This document shows positions 12,098 to 24,855 of a stretch of 64,000 nt of DNA, in pieces (positions within the stretch are counted from its first letter, which is position 1; each line of letters begins with the position of its first letter). The translations under genes and the position numbers were made by a program. Location of the stretch: positions 480,001 through 544,000 of the forward strand of contig CAVSGI010000008.1 of the NCBI GenBank assembly GCA_963727445.1, written 5' to 3'. Below the pieces are notes generated by a model. That model searched no databases, was not told the origin of the DNA, and saw nothing but the letters and a program-made list of their open reading frames with translations. The stretch is from an uncultured delta proteobacterium. Lineage in GTDB: Bacteria; Myxococcota_A; Polyangia; Polyangiales; B10-G4.

Positions 12098-13095
12098 CGC
12101 GTGACGACGAAGAGGAACTCCCGATTTCTCAGATGGGACACCCTCCCGACCTTCTCCCCAGAGGGATTGTAGATCCCGATCTGGGCTCCGACATAGCGCT
12201 TGAAGTCGTGATCGTAGGCGACGACCTCCCCGAGCGGGCGCAGGATCTCGGTGATCTCGTCCGCCGAGAGGTAGCCCTCGTCGCTGAAGGAGACCATCAG
12301 TCGCTTCGCGGGCATGCGCTTCGTGAGGTCGGCGAGGGCGTCGGCGATCTGGTTCTTTCGGTTGTAGGCCGACTGGTAGTCCTTGCAGTCGTGCCGCTTC
12401 ATGGCGACGCCGTACGCCGTCGGGGCGTCCCACCGCACCAGCGTCTCCCACACGTGATAGTTGTTGAGGTACTTGTGCTGGTTGTACGGCGGGTCGAGGT
12501 AGGCGAGGTCCCACTCCCCCCGGTCGGGCAACGCGCCCGCATCGAGACAGAGCGCCTCCCCGGGTTCGTCGAGCACGTCGGGCATGCGCAGCTCGAGATC
12601 GTTGTCGGCGCGCGGGGCCCACTTCTTGAGATACGCCATCTGCACGCCGCAGGTCGAGTCGACGCGGTCCGCCGCCTCCATGAGCGAGGTCAGCACCACG
12701 GCCTCGACGTCGGGCGCGAGCTTCATCGACGCGATCCGATCCCGCATGGCGTCGATGCGCGCGCCGTTCTTCGGCCTGAAGAACCGCGACTTCTCGCAGA
12801 AGGTCTCCGTGAAGTAGCCGGGCACGGGCTCGACCTCGCGGAGCTCCGCGAGGACGCGCTCCACGTCCTTCTGAACGGCTTCGCGATCTGCCTGAACGTA
12901 GCAACGCGCGAGACAGTGCGCGTAGGCGTTGTGGTCGTTGGCGGTGACGCGATAGCCGGCCTTCTTGAGCGCGTGACCGACGCGGGAGGTCCCGCTGAAG
13001 GCGTCGAGGACTGTGCGCACCTCGTCCCCGAAGCCCTGGACCAGCTCCACGATTCGCGGGACCAGCACCCGCTTGCTTCCGATGTACTTGATCAT
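12094..13095 (-). CDS. D12-class N6-adenine DNA methyltransferase (M.FokI/M.NlaIII-like), orphan
   Basis: KYIGSK N-terminus, motif I VLDAFSGTSRVG, motif IV YLDPPY. Confidence 0.92.
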   Translation of the reverse strand: MIKYIGSKRVLVPRIVELVQGFGDEVRTVLDAFSGTSRVGHALKKAGYRVTANDHNAYAHCLARCYVQADREAVQKDVERVLAELREVEPVPGYFTETFCEKSRFFRPKNGARIDAMRDRIASMKLAPDVEAVVLTSLMEAADRVDSTCGVQMAYLKKWAPRADNDLELRMPDVLDEPGEALCLDAGALPDRGEWDLAYLDPPYNQHKYLNNYHVWETLVRWDAPTAYGVAMKRHDCKDYQSAYNRKNQIADALADLTKRMPAKRLMVSFSDEGYLSADEITEILRPLGEVVAYDHDFKRYVGAQIGIYNPSGEKVGRVSHLRNREFLFVVTR

Positions 13096-13190
13096 CGGCT
13101 GGAAGGGTTCATAACCCGCGGGCGGTGCGACGTCACCGGTGCCCCCCGAGATCGTGATCATCGCGCGCTGACGCGGACCCCAGCCGAACC

Positions 13191-14307
13191 ATGCAGCTCC
13201 CGATACTCGCCACCGAGACCGCGGAGGACTGGCGCTTGCAAGCGCGGCGCGCCGTCACCACGCTCGAGGCCCTCGAGGCACAGCTCCCGCTCACCGACTC
13301 GGAGCGCGAAGGTGCCCTACGGGCGCTGGGGGAAGGCTTTCCGCTCTCCATCACGCCCTACTACCTGTCGCTGATCGACCGAGCGGATCCCGACTGCCCC
13401 ATCCGCCGCCAGTGCATCCCCGTCGCGGACGAAGCGAAGACGGTACCTGGCGACCTGCGCGATCCCCTCGGGGAAGAGGCCCACGAGGTCGCGCCCCACC
13501 TGGTGCAGCGATACCCCGATCGCGCGCTTTTGCTCGCGACCGATCGCTGCGGCGTCTACTGCCGCTTCTGTACGCGCTCGCGCATGGTCGGCCAGGGCGG
13601 CGGCGCGCGCTCGATGGACGCCCTCGCCGACGCCTTCGCGTACATCCGGTCTCACCCCGAGGTGCGGGAGGTAATCGTCTCGGGTGGCGACCCGCTCCTG
13701 ATGTCGACGGATCGCGTGCGCCGTCTGCTCGAGGAGCCTCGCGCGCATCGACCATCTCACCGACGTGCGCGTCGCCACCCGGGTGCCGGTGACCCTGCCC
13801 CAGCGGATCGACGAGACGCTCGCGTCCGCGCTCCGCGCGCACCCATCGACCTGGGTCATGACGCACTTCAATCATCCGCGGGAGCTGACCGCCGAGTCGC
13901 GACGGGCCTGCGCGATGCTCGTCGACCACGGCCTGCCGGTGATGAATCAAACCGTCGCGCTCCGGGGTGTGAACGACGACCCGACTACGCTCGAGGCGCT
14001 CTTTCGCGGGCTGGTCTCGATGCGCGTTCGGCCCTACTACCTCTTGCAGGCCGATCCGGTGCGCGGGACTTCCCACCTGCGTACGACGGTCTCGGAGACG
14101 GTGGCGCTCATGGGGAAGCTCCAAGGCAGAGTCAGCGGGATCGCGCTCCCCAAGCTCGTGGTGGACACCCCGGGGGGCCGGGGCAAGGTCCCGATCGGGC
14201 CCGACTACGTGGTGTCCCGCACTGAGGACGGGATTGTCCTCAGAACCTTCCGGGGCGAGGAGGTCGAGTACGTCGACCCTCCGCGCCCTTCATCCTCGGA
14301 CCAATAG
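13191..14307 (+). CDS. KamA-family radical SAM enzyme (lysine 2,3-aminomutase-like); frameshift near 13735
   Basis: DPLGEE, RYPDR, CGVYCRFC, SGGDPL, THFNHPRE, PYYL, DTPGGRGK (PLP lysine). Confidence 0.92.
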
Positions 14308-14324
14308 GGTGTATAGCCGCGGAC

Positions 14325-15041
14325 GTGCAAAAGGTACTCACACTGCACCGGACGACCATTGGTAAGAAGGCGATCGTCGCCATCACCGGGGTCATTCTCT
14401 TCGGATTCCTGATCGTTCACCTGCTGGGCAACCTCCAGCTGTACCAGGGCCCGGTCGAGGGCGCGGTCGCCATGCACGACTACGCGGCCGCCCTGCGCAA
14501 GCTGGGCCCGCTCTTGTGGACCGCCCGGATCGTGCTCCTCGTGTCGATCGGCGCCCACATCTGGGCGACGGCCAGCCTGATGAGCCGCAACGGCGACGCG
14601 CGCAGCACGCGCTATCAGCACGGGCGCAAGGATCTGGTCACCGACTACGCCGCGCGGACCATGCAGTACAGCGGCCCGATCATCGGCTTCTTCGTCGTCT
14701 ACCACCTGTTGCACCTGACCTTCGGCTACGGGAGCTTCCACGACCCGCAGAACGTCTACGACAACGTGGTCTTCGGCTTCCGCAACTGGATGATCTCCAC
14801 CGCCTACATCGTGGCGAACCTTCTGCTCGGGATGCACCTCTACCACGGCGGGTGGAGCTGGCTTCAGAGCCTCGGGGCGAGCCACCGCCGCTACGACCGC
14901 TACCGCAAGCTCTTCGCCATCGGCCTGGCCGCTTTCATCACCATCGGCAACGTCTCCATCCCGGTCTCCGTGATGACCGGTTTGATCACCCCCTCCGAAG
15001 GCTTCGACGAGTGCTCCGAGCTGCTCGGGCCCTGCGACTGA
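14325..15041 (+). CDS. sdhC: Succinate dehydrogenase/fumarate reductase cytochrome b558 subunit
   Basis: TIGKK..AITG, HLLGNL, five TM helices with four heme His, HLYHG..S.LQSLG; upstream of the flavoprotein gene. Confidence 0.93.
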   Translation: MQKVLTLHRTTIGKKAIVAITGVILFGFLIVHLLGNLQLYQGPVEGAVAMHDYAAALRKLGPLLWTARIVLLVSIGAHIWATASLMSRNGDARSTRYQHGRKDLVTDYAARTMQYSGPIIGFFVVYHLLHLTFGYGSFHDPQNVYDNVVFGFRNWMISTAYIVANLLLGMHLYHGGWSWLQSLGASHRRYDRYRKLFAIGLAAFITIGNVSIPVSVMTGLITPSEGFDECSELLGPCD

Positions 15042-15051
15042 AGGAACGACG

Positions 15052-16980
<1,929 letters not shown>

Positions 16981-16984
<4 letters not shown>

Positions 16985-17792
16985 GCGGGCCGAAGGAACG
17001 CGAAGAGAGCTCGGACGACGCTCGGAAGATCGACATGACGCTTCACGTCTGGCGTCAGGAGGGCCCGAACGCCGAGGGCAGGTTCGTGGAGTCACGACGT
17101 GCCGGGCGTCACCACGCACATGTCCTTCCTCGAGATGCTCGACGTGGTGAACGAGCGGATGGTCGCCGAGGGCACCGGGCCGATCGTCTTCGACCACGAC
17201 TGCCGCGAGGGCATCTGCGGCGCCTGCGGGTGCGTCATCAACGGCATCCCGCACGGGCCGCGCAGCTGACGACCACCTGCCAGCTCCACATGCGCATGTT
17301 CCAGAGCGGCGCGGAGATGTGGATCGAGCCGTGGCGCGCGGCGGCGTTCCCGATCGTGAAGGACCTGATGGTCGACCGCTCGGCGTTCGACCGCATCATC
17401 CAGGCGGGCGGCTACGTCAGCGTCCGCACCGGCAGCGCGCCGGACGCGAACGAGATCCCCATCCCGAAGGACAACTCGGACAAGGCCATCGACGCCGCCA
17501 CCTGCATCGGCTGCGGCGCGTGCGTGGCGGCCTGCCCGAACGCGTCGGCGAGCCTCTTCACGGCGGCCAAGATCGCGCACCTCAACATGCTCCCGCAGGG
17601 TCAGGCCGAGCGCTAGCGGCCGCGCCCGCGAGATGGTCGGCGCGCACGGAGGCCGAGGGCTTCGGCAGCTGCACCAACCACTGCGAGTGCGAGGCCGCCT
17701 GCCCGAAGGGCATCAGCCTCGCCAACATCGCCCGCATGAATCGCGACCTGATCAAGGCGCTGATCATGCAGAAGGACCGCGCCGCTGAATGA
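16981..17792 (+). CDS. sdhB: Succinate dehydrogenase/fumarate reductase Fe-S subunit (multiple indels)
   Basis: [44 protein letters not shown] across frames. Confidence 0.92.
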
Positions 17793-18381
17793 GCCAGCGC
17801 GCGCCGAGGGCGATCACGACGATCGCGACTACGGCCAGGCTCGCGTAGCTGTAGTGCTGGCTCAGCTCGGCGAGCCGTTCCCAATTGTCGCCCACGCCGA
17901 AGCCTACTAGCAGGATGAGTAGGTTCCATGCGCCTGCCGACAGGCCGCCGAAGAGGACCACCTTCCACGCCCGCATGCCAGCCATCCCCGCTGCGATGAA
18001 GAACAGGGATCGGAGCGCGGGCAGGAAGCGGTTCAACGACAGATAGACCGCGCCGCGACGGTCGAAGCGATCGATCACCAGGTGGATGCGCTTGCGCGTC
18101 TCGTCGCCGCGGAGGAAGCGCGGCCAGCGCTCTTCGTGACGCCCGACGTAGAGACCGAACGCCCAAGCGACCAGGCTGCCGCCGATCGATCCCGCGGTCA
18201 GCGTCGCGTAGACGAGCAGCGGCTCGTAACCGGCGGTGGCCGCCAGGAAGGTGCCGAAGAGCGCGACCGTGTCACCGGGGAGCGGGGGAAAGACATACTC
18301 GAGAGCGGACGCCGCCGCGAGGACCAGGTACGCTAAGGGTCCTTCCTGCTCGGCCAGCCATCTCAAGATCTCGTCGACCAT
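17764..18381 (-). CDS. dedA: DedA family membrane protein
   Basis: [25 protein letters not shown], hydrophobic helices. Confidence 0.9.
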   Translation of the reverse strand: MVDEILRWLAEQEGPLAYLVLAAASALEYVFPPLPGDTVALFGTFLAATAGYEPLLVYATLTAGSIGGSLVAWAFGLYVGRHEERWPRFLRGDETRKRIHLVIDRFDRRGAVYLSLNRFLPALRSLFFIAAGMAGMRAWKVVLFGGLSAGAWNLLILLVGFGVGDNWERLAELSQHYSYASLAVVAIVVIALGARWLIQRRGPSA

Positions 18382-19288
18382 GCCCGTCGCCAACTACCGA
18401 GCCCCGAAGAAGCTTTCGCCCGGTGCGCGGATCGCCATCGTCGCCCCTTCGAGCCCCTTTCCGAAAGAGGACTTCGAACGCGGCGTGGCGCGCCTCGAAG
18501 AGCGCTACGAGGTCCGTTACGACCAGGGGCTATTCGGGGCCCACGGTTATCTGGCCGGGGACGACGACCGGCGTGCCTCCGAGCTGCTCACGGCGATTCG
18601 AGACCCCGAGGTCGACGGGATCATCGCGGCGAGGGGCGGCTACGGCGCCACGCGGCTCCTCGGTCGCATCGACGCCGAGGTGGTGCGGAACAACCCCAAA
18701 GCGCTCGTGGGGTTCAGCGACGTGACCGCCCTTCACGCCCTGTGGCAGCGCGCGGGGCTCCGATCCCTGCACGCCCACATGGTGGCGGCCCTCGGGCGCG
18801 CGGCAGACGCGCTGGTGCCGCGCTACTTCGCGGCCCTCGAAGGAGCGGCGCCACCGAAGCTCGAGGGCCTCCAAGCCATTGTCGCGGGCAAGGCCACGGG
18901 TCCGCTCGTCGGGGGCAACCTCGCCGTGCTCTGTGCGCTGCTGGGCACGCCCTACGCACCGGCGCTCGAGGGCACCATCCTCTTCATCGAAGACGTGGGC
19001 GAGCGACCGTTCCGAGTCGACCGCGTCCTGACGACGCTCACCCAGGCGGGGTGGTTCGATCGGGTCGCCGGGGTCGCCGTCGGCGCCTTCACCGACTGCA
19101 ATCCCGGCGCGGACGGCCGCACGATCGAGGAGGTGCTGCGGGAGCGACTCGACCGCCTCCGCGTACCGGTGGTCTCCGGTATCCCCAGCGGCCACTTCGA
19201 AGACAATCTCGAGCTACCGCTGGGGGCTCCGGTGACCATCGACGCCGACGCCGGCGTCTTCGAGGCTCACGAAGGCGCCTTCGCCTGA
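18380..19288 (+). CDS. ldcA: LD-carboxypeptidase, peptidase S66
   Basis: IAIVAPSS, RGGYGA, GFSDVTAL (Ser), GGNL, LFIEDVGE (Glu), GH (His). Confidence 0.92.
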   Translation: MPVANYRAPKKLSPGARIAIVAPSSPFPKEDFERGVARLEERYEVRYDQGLFGAHGYLAGDDDRRASELLTAIRDPEVDGIIAARGGYGATRLLGRIDAEVVRNNPKALVGFSDVTALHALWQRAGLRSLHAHMVAALGRAADALVPRYFAALEGAAPPKLEGLQAIVAGKATGPLVGGNLAVLCALLGTPYAPALEGTILFIEDVGERPFRVDRVLTTLTQAGWFDRVAGVAVGAFTDCNPGADGRTIEEVLRERLDRLRVPVVSGIPSGHFEDNLELPLGAPVTIDADAGVFEAHEGAFA

Positions 19289-20301
19289 AGGGCGCGCACC
19301 GCCTCCGCGATGCGGTGGTCGTCGACCCCCCGCACCAGCAACTCGTCCGCGCCCGGCACCAACTCCGTCTGACTGGCGACCAGCACGATCAGCGCCGGCA
19401 CGTCGGGGGCGGTCATGCGCCGAACCAACGCGCAGAACCTGCCTGCGTCGACGCCGCGAAGTGCGCTGCTCAGCACGACCGCGCTCGGCTTCCAGGAGGC
19501 GACGAGCTCAGCGCCCATCATCGCGTCGGGCGCCGAGCGCACCTCCATCTCGGCGCTCGACAGATCGGCGACCACCGCCGCCCTCGTGGTGGCGTGAGCC
19601 TCGATCACCAACACGCGGGGCGCGTCCTCTCCGCTCGCCGTCTTCGGGAAGGCCTCCTCCACCACCTGCGCGGCCTCGACGTCTTCCGCCAGCACCCTCC
19701 ACTCCTCGGGAAAGTCTCCTTCGGGCTCGCCCACCAACAGAACGCGCGCGGTGCTCGGGAGCACGCGACACAGCGTGCTGAGCGCAGCGGTGCTCACCGA
19801 CGGCAGCGCGGCGTCGATCACCACCGCCAGGCGCGTCTGGCGATACGCTTCGACGGCTGTCACCAGGTCGAAGACCTCGGCCACCACCCGCGTGCTCGCA
19901 CCGTCGGGGCTGGCGTCGATGCAAGCGGTCGCCCATTCCATCCTCTGCGTGGCGATGACCAGGGAATACGCCGACAGATCCACCGCGCCTGCAGGCGGGT
20001 TCGAGGTGATCGTCGAGGCAGCCCGCTCGATGATCGGCGTCAGATCGGAGAGCACCGCGTCGGCGAATTCATCGCCCAGCGTGAGATGCATGGCGCGACG
20101 CAGCGGCCCGAGGGCGAAACGTCGAAACGTCGAAGGATCCTCGGGCACGACGGTCAATCCGCCGTCCGCCAGCGCCATGTAGAGGACGGAGTCGCGCGCG
20201 TCCGGGTTCGCGACCCGGTCGAGGGCTTCGTGGAGCAGACGGGCCAGGGGTCCGGGTCCCGCCTCGTCGAGGGTGTCCGCGCTGCGCCGCTTTCGTCGCA
20301 C
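19267..20301 (-). CDS. Hypothetical protein with degenerate receiver-like domains
   Basis: C-terminal RVLVIE...PSAVVLSSAL..VD...C...R matches a REC pattern lacking the phospho-Asp; start uncertain. Confidence 0.6.
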   Translation of the reverse strand: MRRKRRSADTLDEAGPGPLARLLHEALDRVANPDARDSVLYMALADGGLTVVPEDPSTFRRFALGPLRRAMHLTLGDEFADAVLSDLTPIIERAASTITSNPPAGAVDLSAYSLVIATQRMEWATACIDASPDGASTRVVAEVFDLVTAVEAYRQTRLAVVIDAALPSVSTAALSTLCRVLPSTARVLLVGEPEGDFPEEWRVLAEDVEAAQVVEEAFPKTASGEDAPRVLVIEAHATTRAAVVADLSSAEMEVRSAPDAMMGAELVASWKPSAVVLSSALRGVDAGRFCALVRRMTAPDVPALIVLVASQTELVPGADELLVRGVDDHRIAEAVRALQAKAPS

Positions 20302-20428
20302 GACCCAAAGGGTAGTACGTGAGCGGAGGCGCTCCCAGGCTCGACTCGCGTCCGGCGGCGTCGCCCGCTCACACTTGCACACGTAATCCCACGTGACTCC
20401 ACCTTCGGCTCCGAGGTACTTTCCCCGG

Positions 20429-21032
20429 GTGCTTCGCGCGATAGCTCTGCTCCTCGTCGGGATCACGGTGCCAGCGCTCTCTGGCTGCGGCGGGTCGGTG
20501 CCTGACCGCTTCGTGGTCGAACGCGATCTCGGCGACTTCCAATACCGGCGCTATCAGAAGGTGCTCGACCTCGAGTTCCCCGTCGAAGGCAACCCCGGCG
20601 TCGGACACACCGCCAGCTACGTGCGCCGAGGAAGCGGCCGCGACGTCGTCTTCGCGACCGCCTTCGTCACCGTCTACGATCATGCAGCCTCCCTCACGGC
20701 AGAGGTCGCCGACCGCCTGGACTCGCTCGGGACCTACGATGTCACCGTGGGCGAGCTCGAGGGCGACAACGTCTGGTGGCTGGACGGGGGCGAGGACCGC
20801 TGGGCGCTCTGGGTCTCGGGCAAGTACGTGGTGAAGCTCGGGGCACCGCGAGGTGAGGAGATCCCCGAGGACATCGCCGAAGAATACGTGGACACCTATC
20901 CGAGCGATTCTCGACGAGAACGGACGGGCCGAGTCCGGGGCGGACAGCGCGGGTCCCTCTCGGCGCCAGCGAGACGAACAATCTCAGGACCTGGACATGC
21001 CGGCGCACCTCCGCAAGAACGCGCCGCGATGA
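20429..21032 (+). CDS. Lipoprotein, hypothetical (frameshift near 20908)
   Basis: Lipobox LSGC; the corrected frame ends ...DMPAHLRKNAPR* with ATGA overlap onto hisC. Confidence 0.7.
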
Positions 21033-22093
21033 GCCTGCGCGCGCTCGTCGGGCGACGCCTGTCGCCCCTGAGGGCCTACGCGCCCAAGCCCGCGCCGCGG
21101 ATCAAGCTCGACGCGAACGAGAGCCCGTGGCCACTCCCCCCCGAGGCACGAGAGATCCTGGCCCGCACACTCGCCGCCGCCCCGCTCCACCGCTACCCCG
21201 ATCCACGCGCGACGCGCCTCCGCGCCCTGCTCCGCGCGCGGGTCGGTGGCGCGCCGGAGGACCTGGTGGTGGGGGCCGGCTCCGACGAGGTCATCTGCAT
21301 CCTGCAGGACGCGCTGAGCGAGCCGCGCGAGGGCGCGCGGGCGCCGATCACCCTCTCGGTGGAGCCGAGCTTCGTGATGTACCAGCACAACGCGGTGGTC
21401 TGTGGACACGACTACGTCGCCGTCCCGCTTCGCGAGGATTTCTCCCTGAACGTCGAGGCCATCGCGGACGAGATCGCCGAGACCCGACCGAACGTGATCT
21501 TTCTGGCCACCCCCAACAACCCCACGGGCAACGCCTTCGATGACGCCGCGGTGGAGGCCGTGGTGAAGAGCGCGCCGGACAGCCTGGTGGTGATCGACGA
21601 GGCCTACGGAGCCTTCGCCGGCCGCACCCTCAGCGGCCTCGCCGATCGCTACGACAACGTCGCGCTCATGGGCACCCTGTCCAAGATCGGTCTCGCCGGC
21701 GCGCGCGTCGGCTACTGTCGCTTGCCGCCCTCGATCGCCCCTGACGTCGACAAGGTGCGACAGCCTTTCAATCTCTCGAGCCTGGCCCTGACCGCGGCGG
21801 AGCTGGCGCTCACCGAGCTCGCGCCGGTGCTCGAAGCCCAGGTGGGCCTGATCGTGAAGGAGCGCGCGCGGCTCGCAGAGGCCCTGGCGGCGCACGCGGA
21901 TCTCGAGCCGCTTCCGAGCGACGCCAACTTCATCCTGGTGCGCGTGAAGGGCGACGCAACGGCCCTGGCCGACCGCCTGCGAAAGGCCGAGATCGCGGTG
22001 CGGGTCTTCGCGTCGTCGCCCTCTCTGTCGGGCTACGTTCGGATCACGGTCGGCACGCCCGAAGAGAACGACGCCCTGCTCGCGGCGCTCTGA
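21029..22093 (+). CDS. hisC: Histidinol-phosphate aminotransferase
   Basis: IKLDANESP, RYPD, GAGSDE, PNNPTG, VIDEAY, TLSK.GLAGARVGY, ANF, RITVG...EN. Confidence 0.95.
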   Translation: MSLRALVGRRLSPLRAYAPKPAPRIKLDANESPWPLPPEAREILARTLAAAPLHRYPDPRATRLRALLRARVGGAPEDLVVGAGSDEVICILQDALSEPREGARAPITLSVEPSFVMYQHNAVVCGHDYVAVPLREDFSLNVEAIADEIAETRPNVIFLATPNNPTGNAFDDAAVEAVVKSAPDSLVVIDEAYGAFAGRTLSGLADRYDNVALMGTLSKIGLAGARVGYCRLPPSIAPDVDKVRQPFNLSSLALTAAELALTELAPVLEAQVGLIVKERARLAEALAAHADLEPLPSDANFILVRVKGDATALADRLRKAEIAVRVFASSPSLSGYVRITVGTPEENDALLAAL

Positions 22094-22105
22094 GCGCTGC
22101 GGAGC

Positions 22106-23897
22106 TCACTCGCCGGGCGGCGCGCCCGCGCCCGGCTCGGCGGTGTCGACCTCGTCGGGGAGGTCGGGCGGCACCGACGAGTCGCGCGCGCGCTTGTCCG
22201 GCGTGCCGGGAACGTCCATCTCGGTGTCGCGTCCGTCGCCGATCTCGCGCGGGCTCACCGCGTCCATCGGCACGATTGGCATCTCGCTGGTACGCGTGGG
22301 CAGCTGCGAAGGGCGCGGCGGGATCATCTCGCCGAACCAGTCGAAGAAGTCGAGCATCTTCGCTTTGCGCGCGGGGGACAGGTAGTCGAAGTTGATGCCG
22401 CGGTCGCTGATCTCCCAGAACTCGGCGGAGCGCACCCTGAGGAGCTCGTCGCGAATGGACTGGAGCCGCGACGGCTGCTCGTGCTCCATGTCGCGGTAGA
22501 CCTGGCGTGCCAGCTTCTCGTCGCCCTTGAGCAGGTAGTAGGTCGCGAGCTTCACCTGCGCCTTGCGCACGCCGCGGAGCGCGTTCTCCTGCACCTCGCC
22601 CTCGGACTCCTTGTCGACCTCGAGGAAGATGCGCAAGAGGTCGCGCCGGGCGTTGCTCTTCTGGTCGAAGGCCAGCTCGTTCAAGGAGCAGAGGTCGTAG
22701 GCGACCGTCTCCAGGATGAAGGGAAGGTTCGCGTGGTACGAGGTGAGCCCGTAGTACTTGAAGTAGCGGGCGATCTCGACCGCGCGGCTGCCGCCGCGAT
22801 AGTCCAACGCCGCCTCCGCCAGGCGGCGGTACTGGTTCAGGACGTTGTAGGCGGTGCGCACGTCCCGCGCGTTGATGGTGGCGCGGAGATAGGTGTTGAA
22901 GAACTTCAGGGCGAGGTCGAGGAGCTCGTTGGCGTCGGCCTCGATGGCGGCCTCGGCGATGCGCCGCGTCGAGATGGCGATGAGGTAGTTGATGTCCCTC
23001 ATCCGGTTGAGCGCCTCGTTGTAGATGGTCTGGTACTGGCGCATGATCTTCATCTCGAACCAGATCTGGCGCCGGCTGACGTCCTCGAGGACCTCCGGTG
23101 ACATCGAGACGAAGTCGGGGTTGTGGGCGAGCTCGCCCTCCACGCGGAACCAGGGCGTCTGCAGGTGCGGCCGAACCGCCTGATAGTCGACCACCAGGTC
23201 CTGGAGCGCTTCGACGCTCGCCATCGACACGCCCTTGTCCTTGTTCTCCATGGCGTTGAGGCCCACGTCGGCGATCTGCTCGACGCCGCGCACCGCCTCG
23301 GACTGGATCCGGGCGAAGCTGCCCTTCTGGCGCTCGACGATGCGGAGGGTCTGCCGCCGGATCCGCTGGACGATCTGGATCGGGTTCAGGAAGAGGAAGA
23401 CGAACCCGAAGTACGGCAGCAGAGATCAAGAGGCAGGCCGCCAGCATGATCATCGAGACGGTGATCCCCACGTGGGGGACGAAGCCGGTCTCGGTCGTCG
23501 CGTCGTAGTCGAAGATCAGCGTGACCCACAGCGACTGCAGCGCCGTGATCACGAAGAACCCCATCACGAAGAAGTTGATGGGCGCGCTCACGAAGAGCTC
23601 GGTGATGCGGTGGGTGTACCGGTTCGCGGCCAGCTCGACGACGATGGCGACGACGGTGATGGCGATCGCCAGGACCGCCGCGACGATCTCGCCCGCGTTG
23701 GACAGGGTGTTCGCGGCGGAGAGGGGGTTCGGATCGAAGAAGAGGCCGAGGGCGTGACTGGGGTCCCCGTCGGCGGACGCGTCCACCCAGTACGTGAAGG
23801 CGAAGACCGCGAGAGAGCCGCCCAGGAGGATGGAGAGTGGAAGAAGCCAAACCCTGAGGAGGTTGGTCTCCTGTTCCGACTCGGGGCCCTCGGCCAT
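22106..23897 (-). CDS. DUF2254-like membrane protein with large soluble C-terminal domain (frameshift near 23420)
   Basis: N-terminal TM helices with IVVELAANRYT; continues in ORF 22106..23293. Confidence 0.7.
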
Positions 23898-23972
23898 GGC
23901 CCGAAGGGTAGCAAAGCGCGTCCTGACCCACGAGGACCAGCCCGCGCCCCGTGTGTAGTAGACTCCGCCGCG

Positions 23973-24855
23973 ATGCGCGCGATCCTCGCGATGGCTCTGT
24001 TGTCGCTCTCGGCCCTGATGTGCGGGCGGGCCGTGGCCCAGGAGTCGGAGGCGGATTCGGAGGCAGCGGCCGATTCGGAGGCGGAGGCCGAGTCGGAGGC
24101 GGAAGCGGAGACGGGCACGGAAGCGGGCACGGAAGCGGGAACGGGAACGGGAACGGGAACGGAAGCGGGAACGGGAACGGGAACGGGAACGGGAGCGGGA
24201 ACGGGAGCGGGAACGGGCACAGACACGGGAACGGGAACGGGAACGGGAACGGGAACGGGAGCGGGAACGGGGCCCGAGGACCAACCCGAGGGGTCATCGT
24301 CCGCGCCTGCGCCGCCCGAGCTCGCCCCTGGAGACTTCGCCCTTCCTCGTCTCTCTCGCCTTCTTCACCGGCGTCGCCCAGGAGAACGACTTCGACGCGG
24401 CCCTGTCGAATCTCGGGTACTCGCGCAGTCAGTGGTTCTGGGGGCTCGACCTGAGCGCGGAGACGCGCATCAGCCGGCTCTTCTGGATCGGAGCGCGCGG
24501 AGATCTTCGGATGCGTCAGTGGGGCTTTCGGGGAGGCACCTCGGCCGATGCGCTCGGCGCGTCGCTCCTCGCCCTCGCCGACTTCCGCATCCCGCTGAAC
24601 AGCGTCCTCGACGTGGCCGCCATCGCGGGCGCCGGCTTCGGGATGGCGGTGGTGACGCTGCGCGGCGTCTCACAGGTCGCAGGGCTTCCGCGCCTGAGCA
24701 TCGGTCTGCAGTTCGGCGTGACGCTCTTCTCCGGCCTGCGAGTGCACATGGGCGCGACCTTCGACTACGCCGAGTCGCTGGCCCTGAACGACTTCGGAGA
24801 CAGCGTCTCCTTCAGCATCGCCGCCTTCCGCTTCGGCTTCGAGGGACGACTGTGA
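23973..24855 (+). CDS. Exported protein with acidic and Gly-Thr repeat linker and C-terminal beta-barrel-like domain (frameshift near 24350)
   Basis: Signal peptide ending AVA-Q, ESEA and GT repeats, C-terminal amphipathic strands ending FRFGFEGRL. Confidence 0.65.
24111..24271 (+). repeat. Coding hexanucleotide repeat (GGAACG)n encoding a Gly-Thr/Ala linker
   Basis: Long runs of GGAACG/GGAGCG in frame with the exported protein. Confidence 0.9.

Noticed and set aside
11027..12904. 625-aa kinase with long N-terminal extension
   Set aside because: The extension is an alternate frame of the methyltransferase; the kinase starts at the GTG at 12097.
20393..22093. Lipoprotein-HisC fusion
   Set aside because: One extra base near 20908 explains it; the corrected frame ends in an ATGA overlap at the hisC start.
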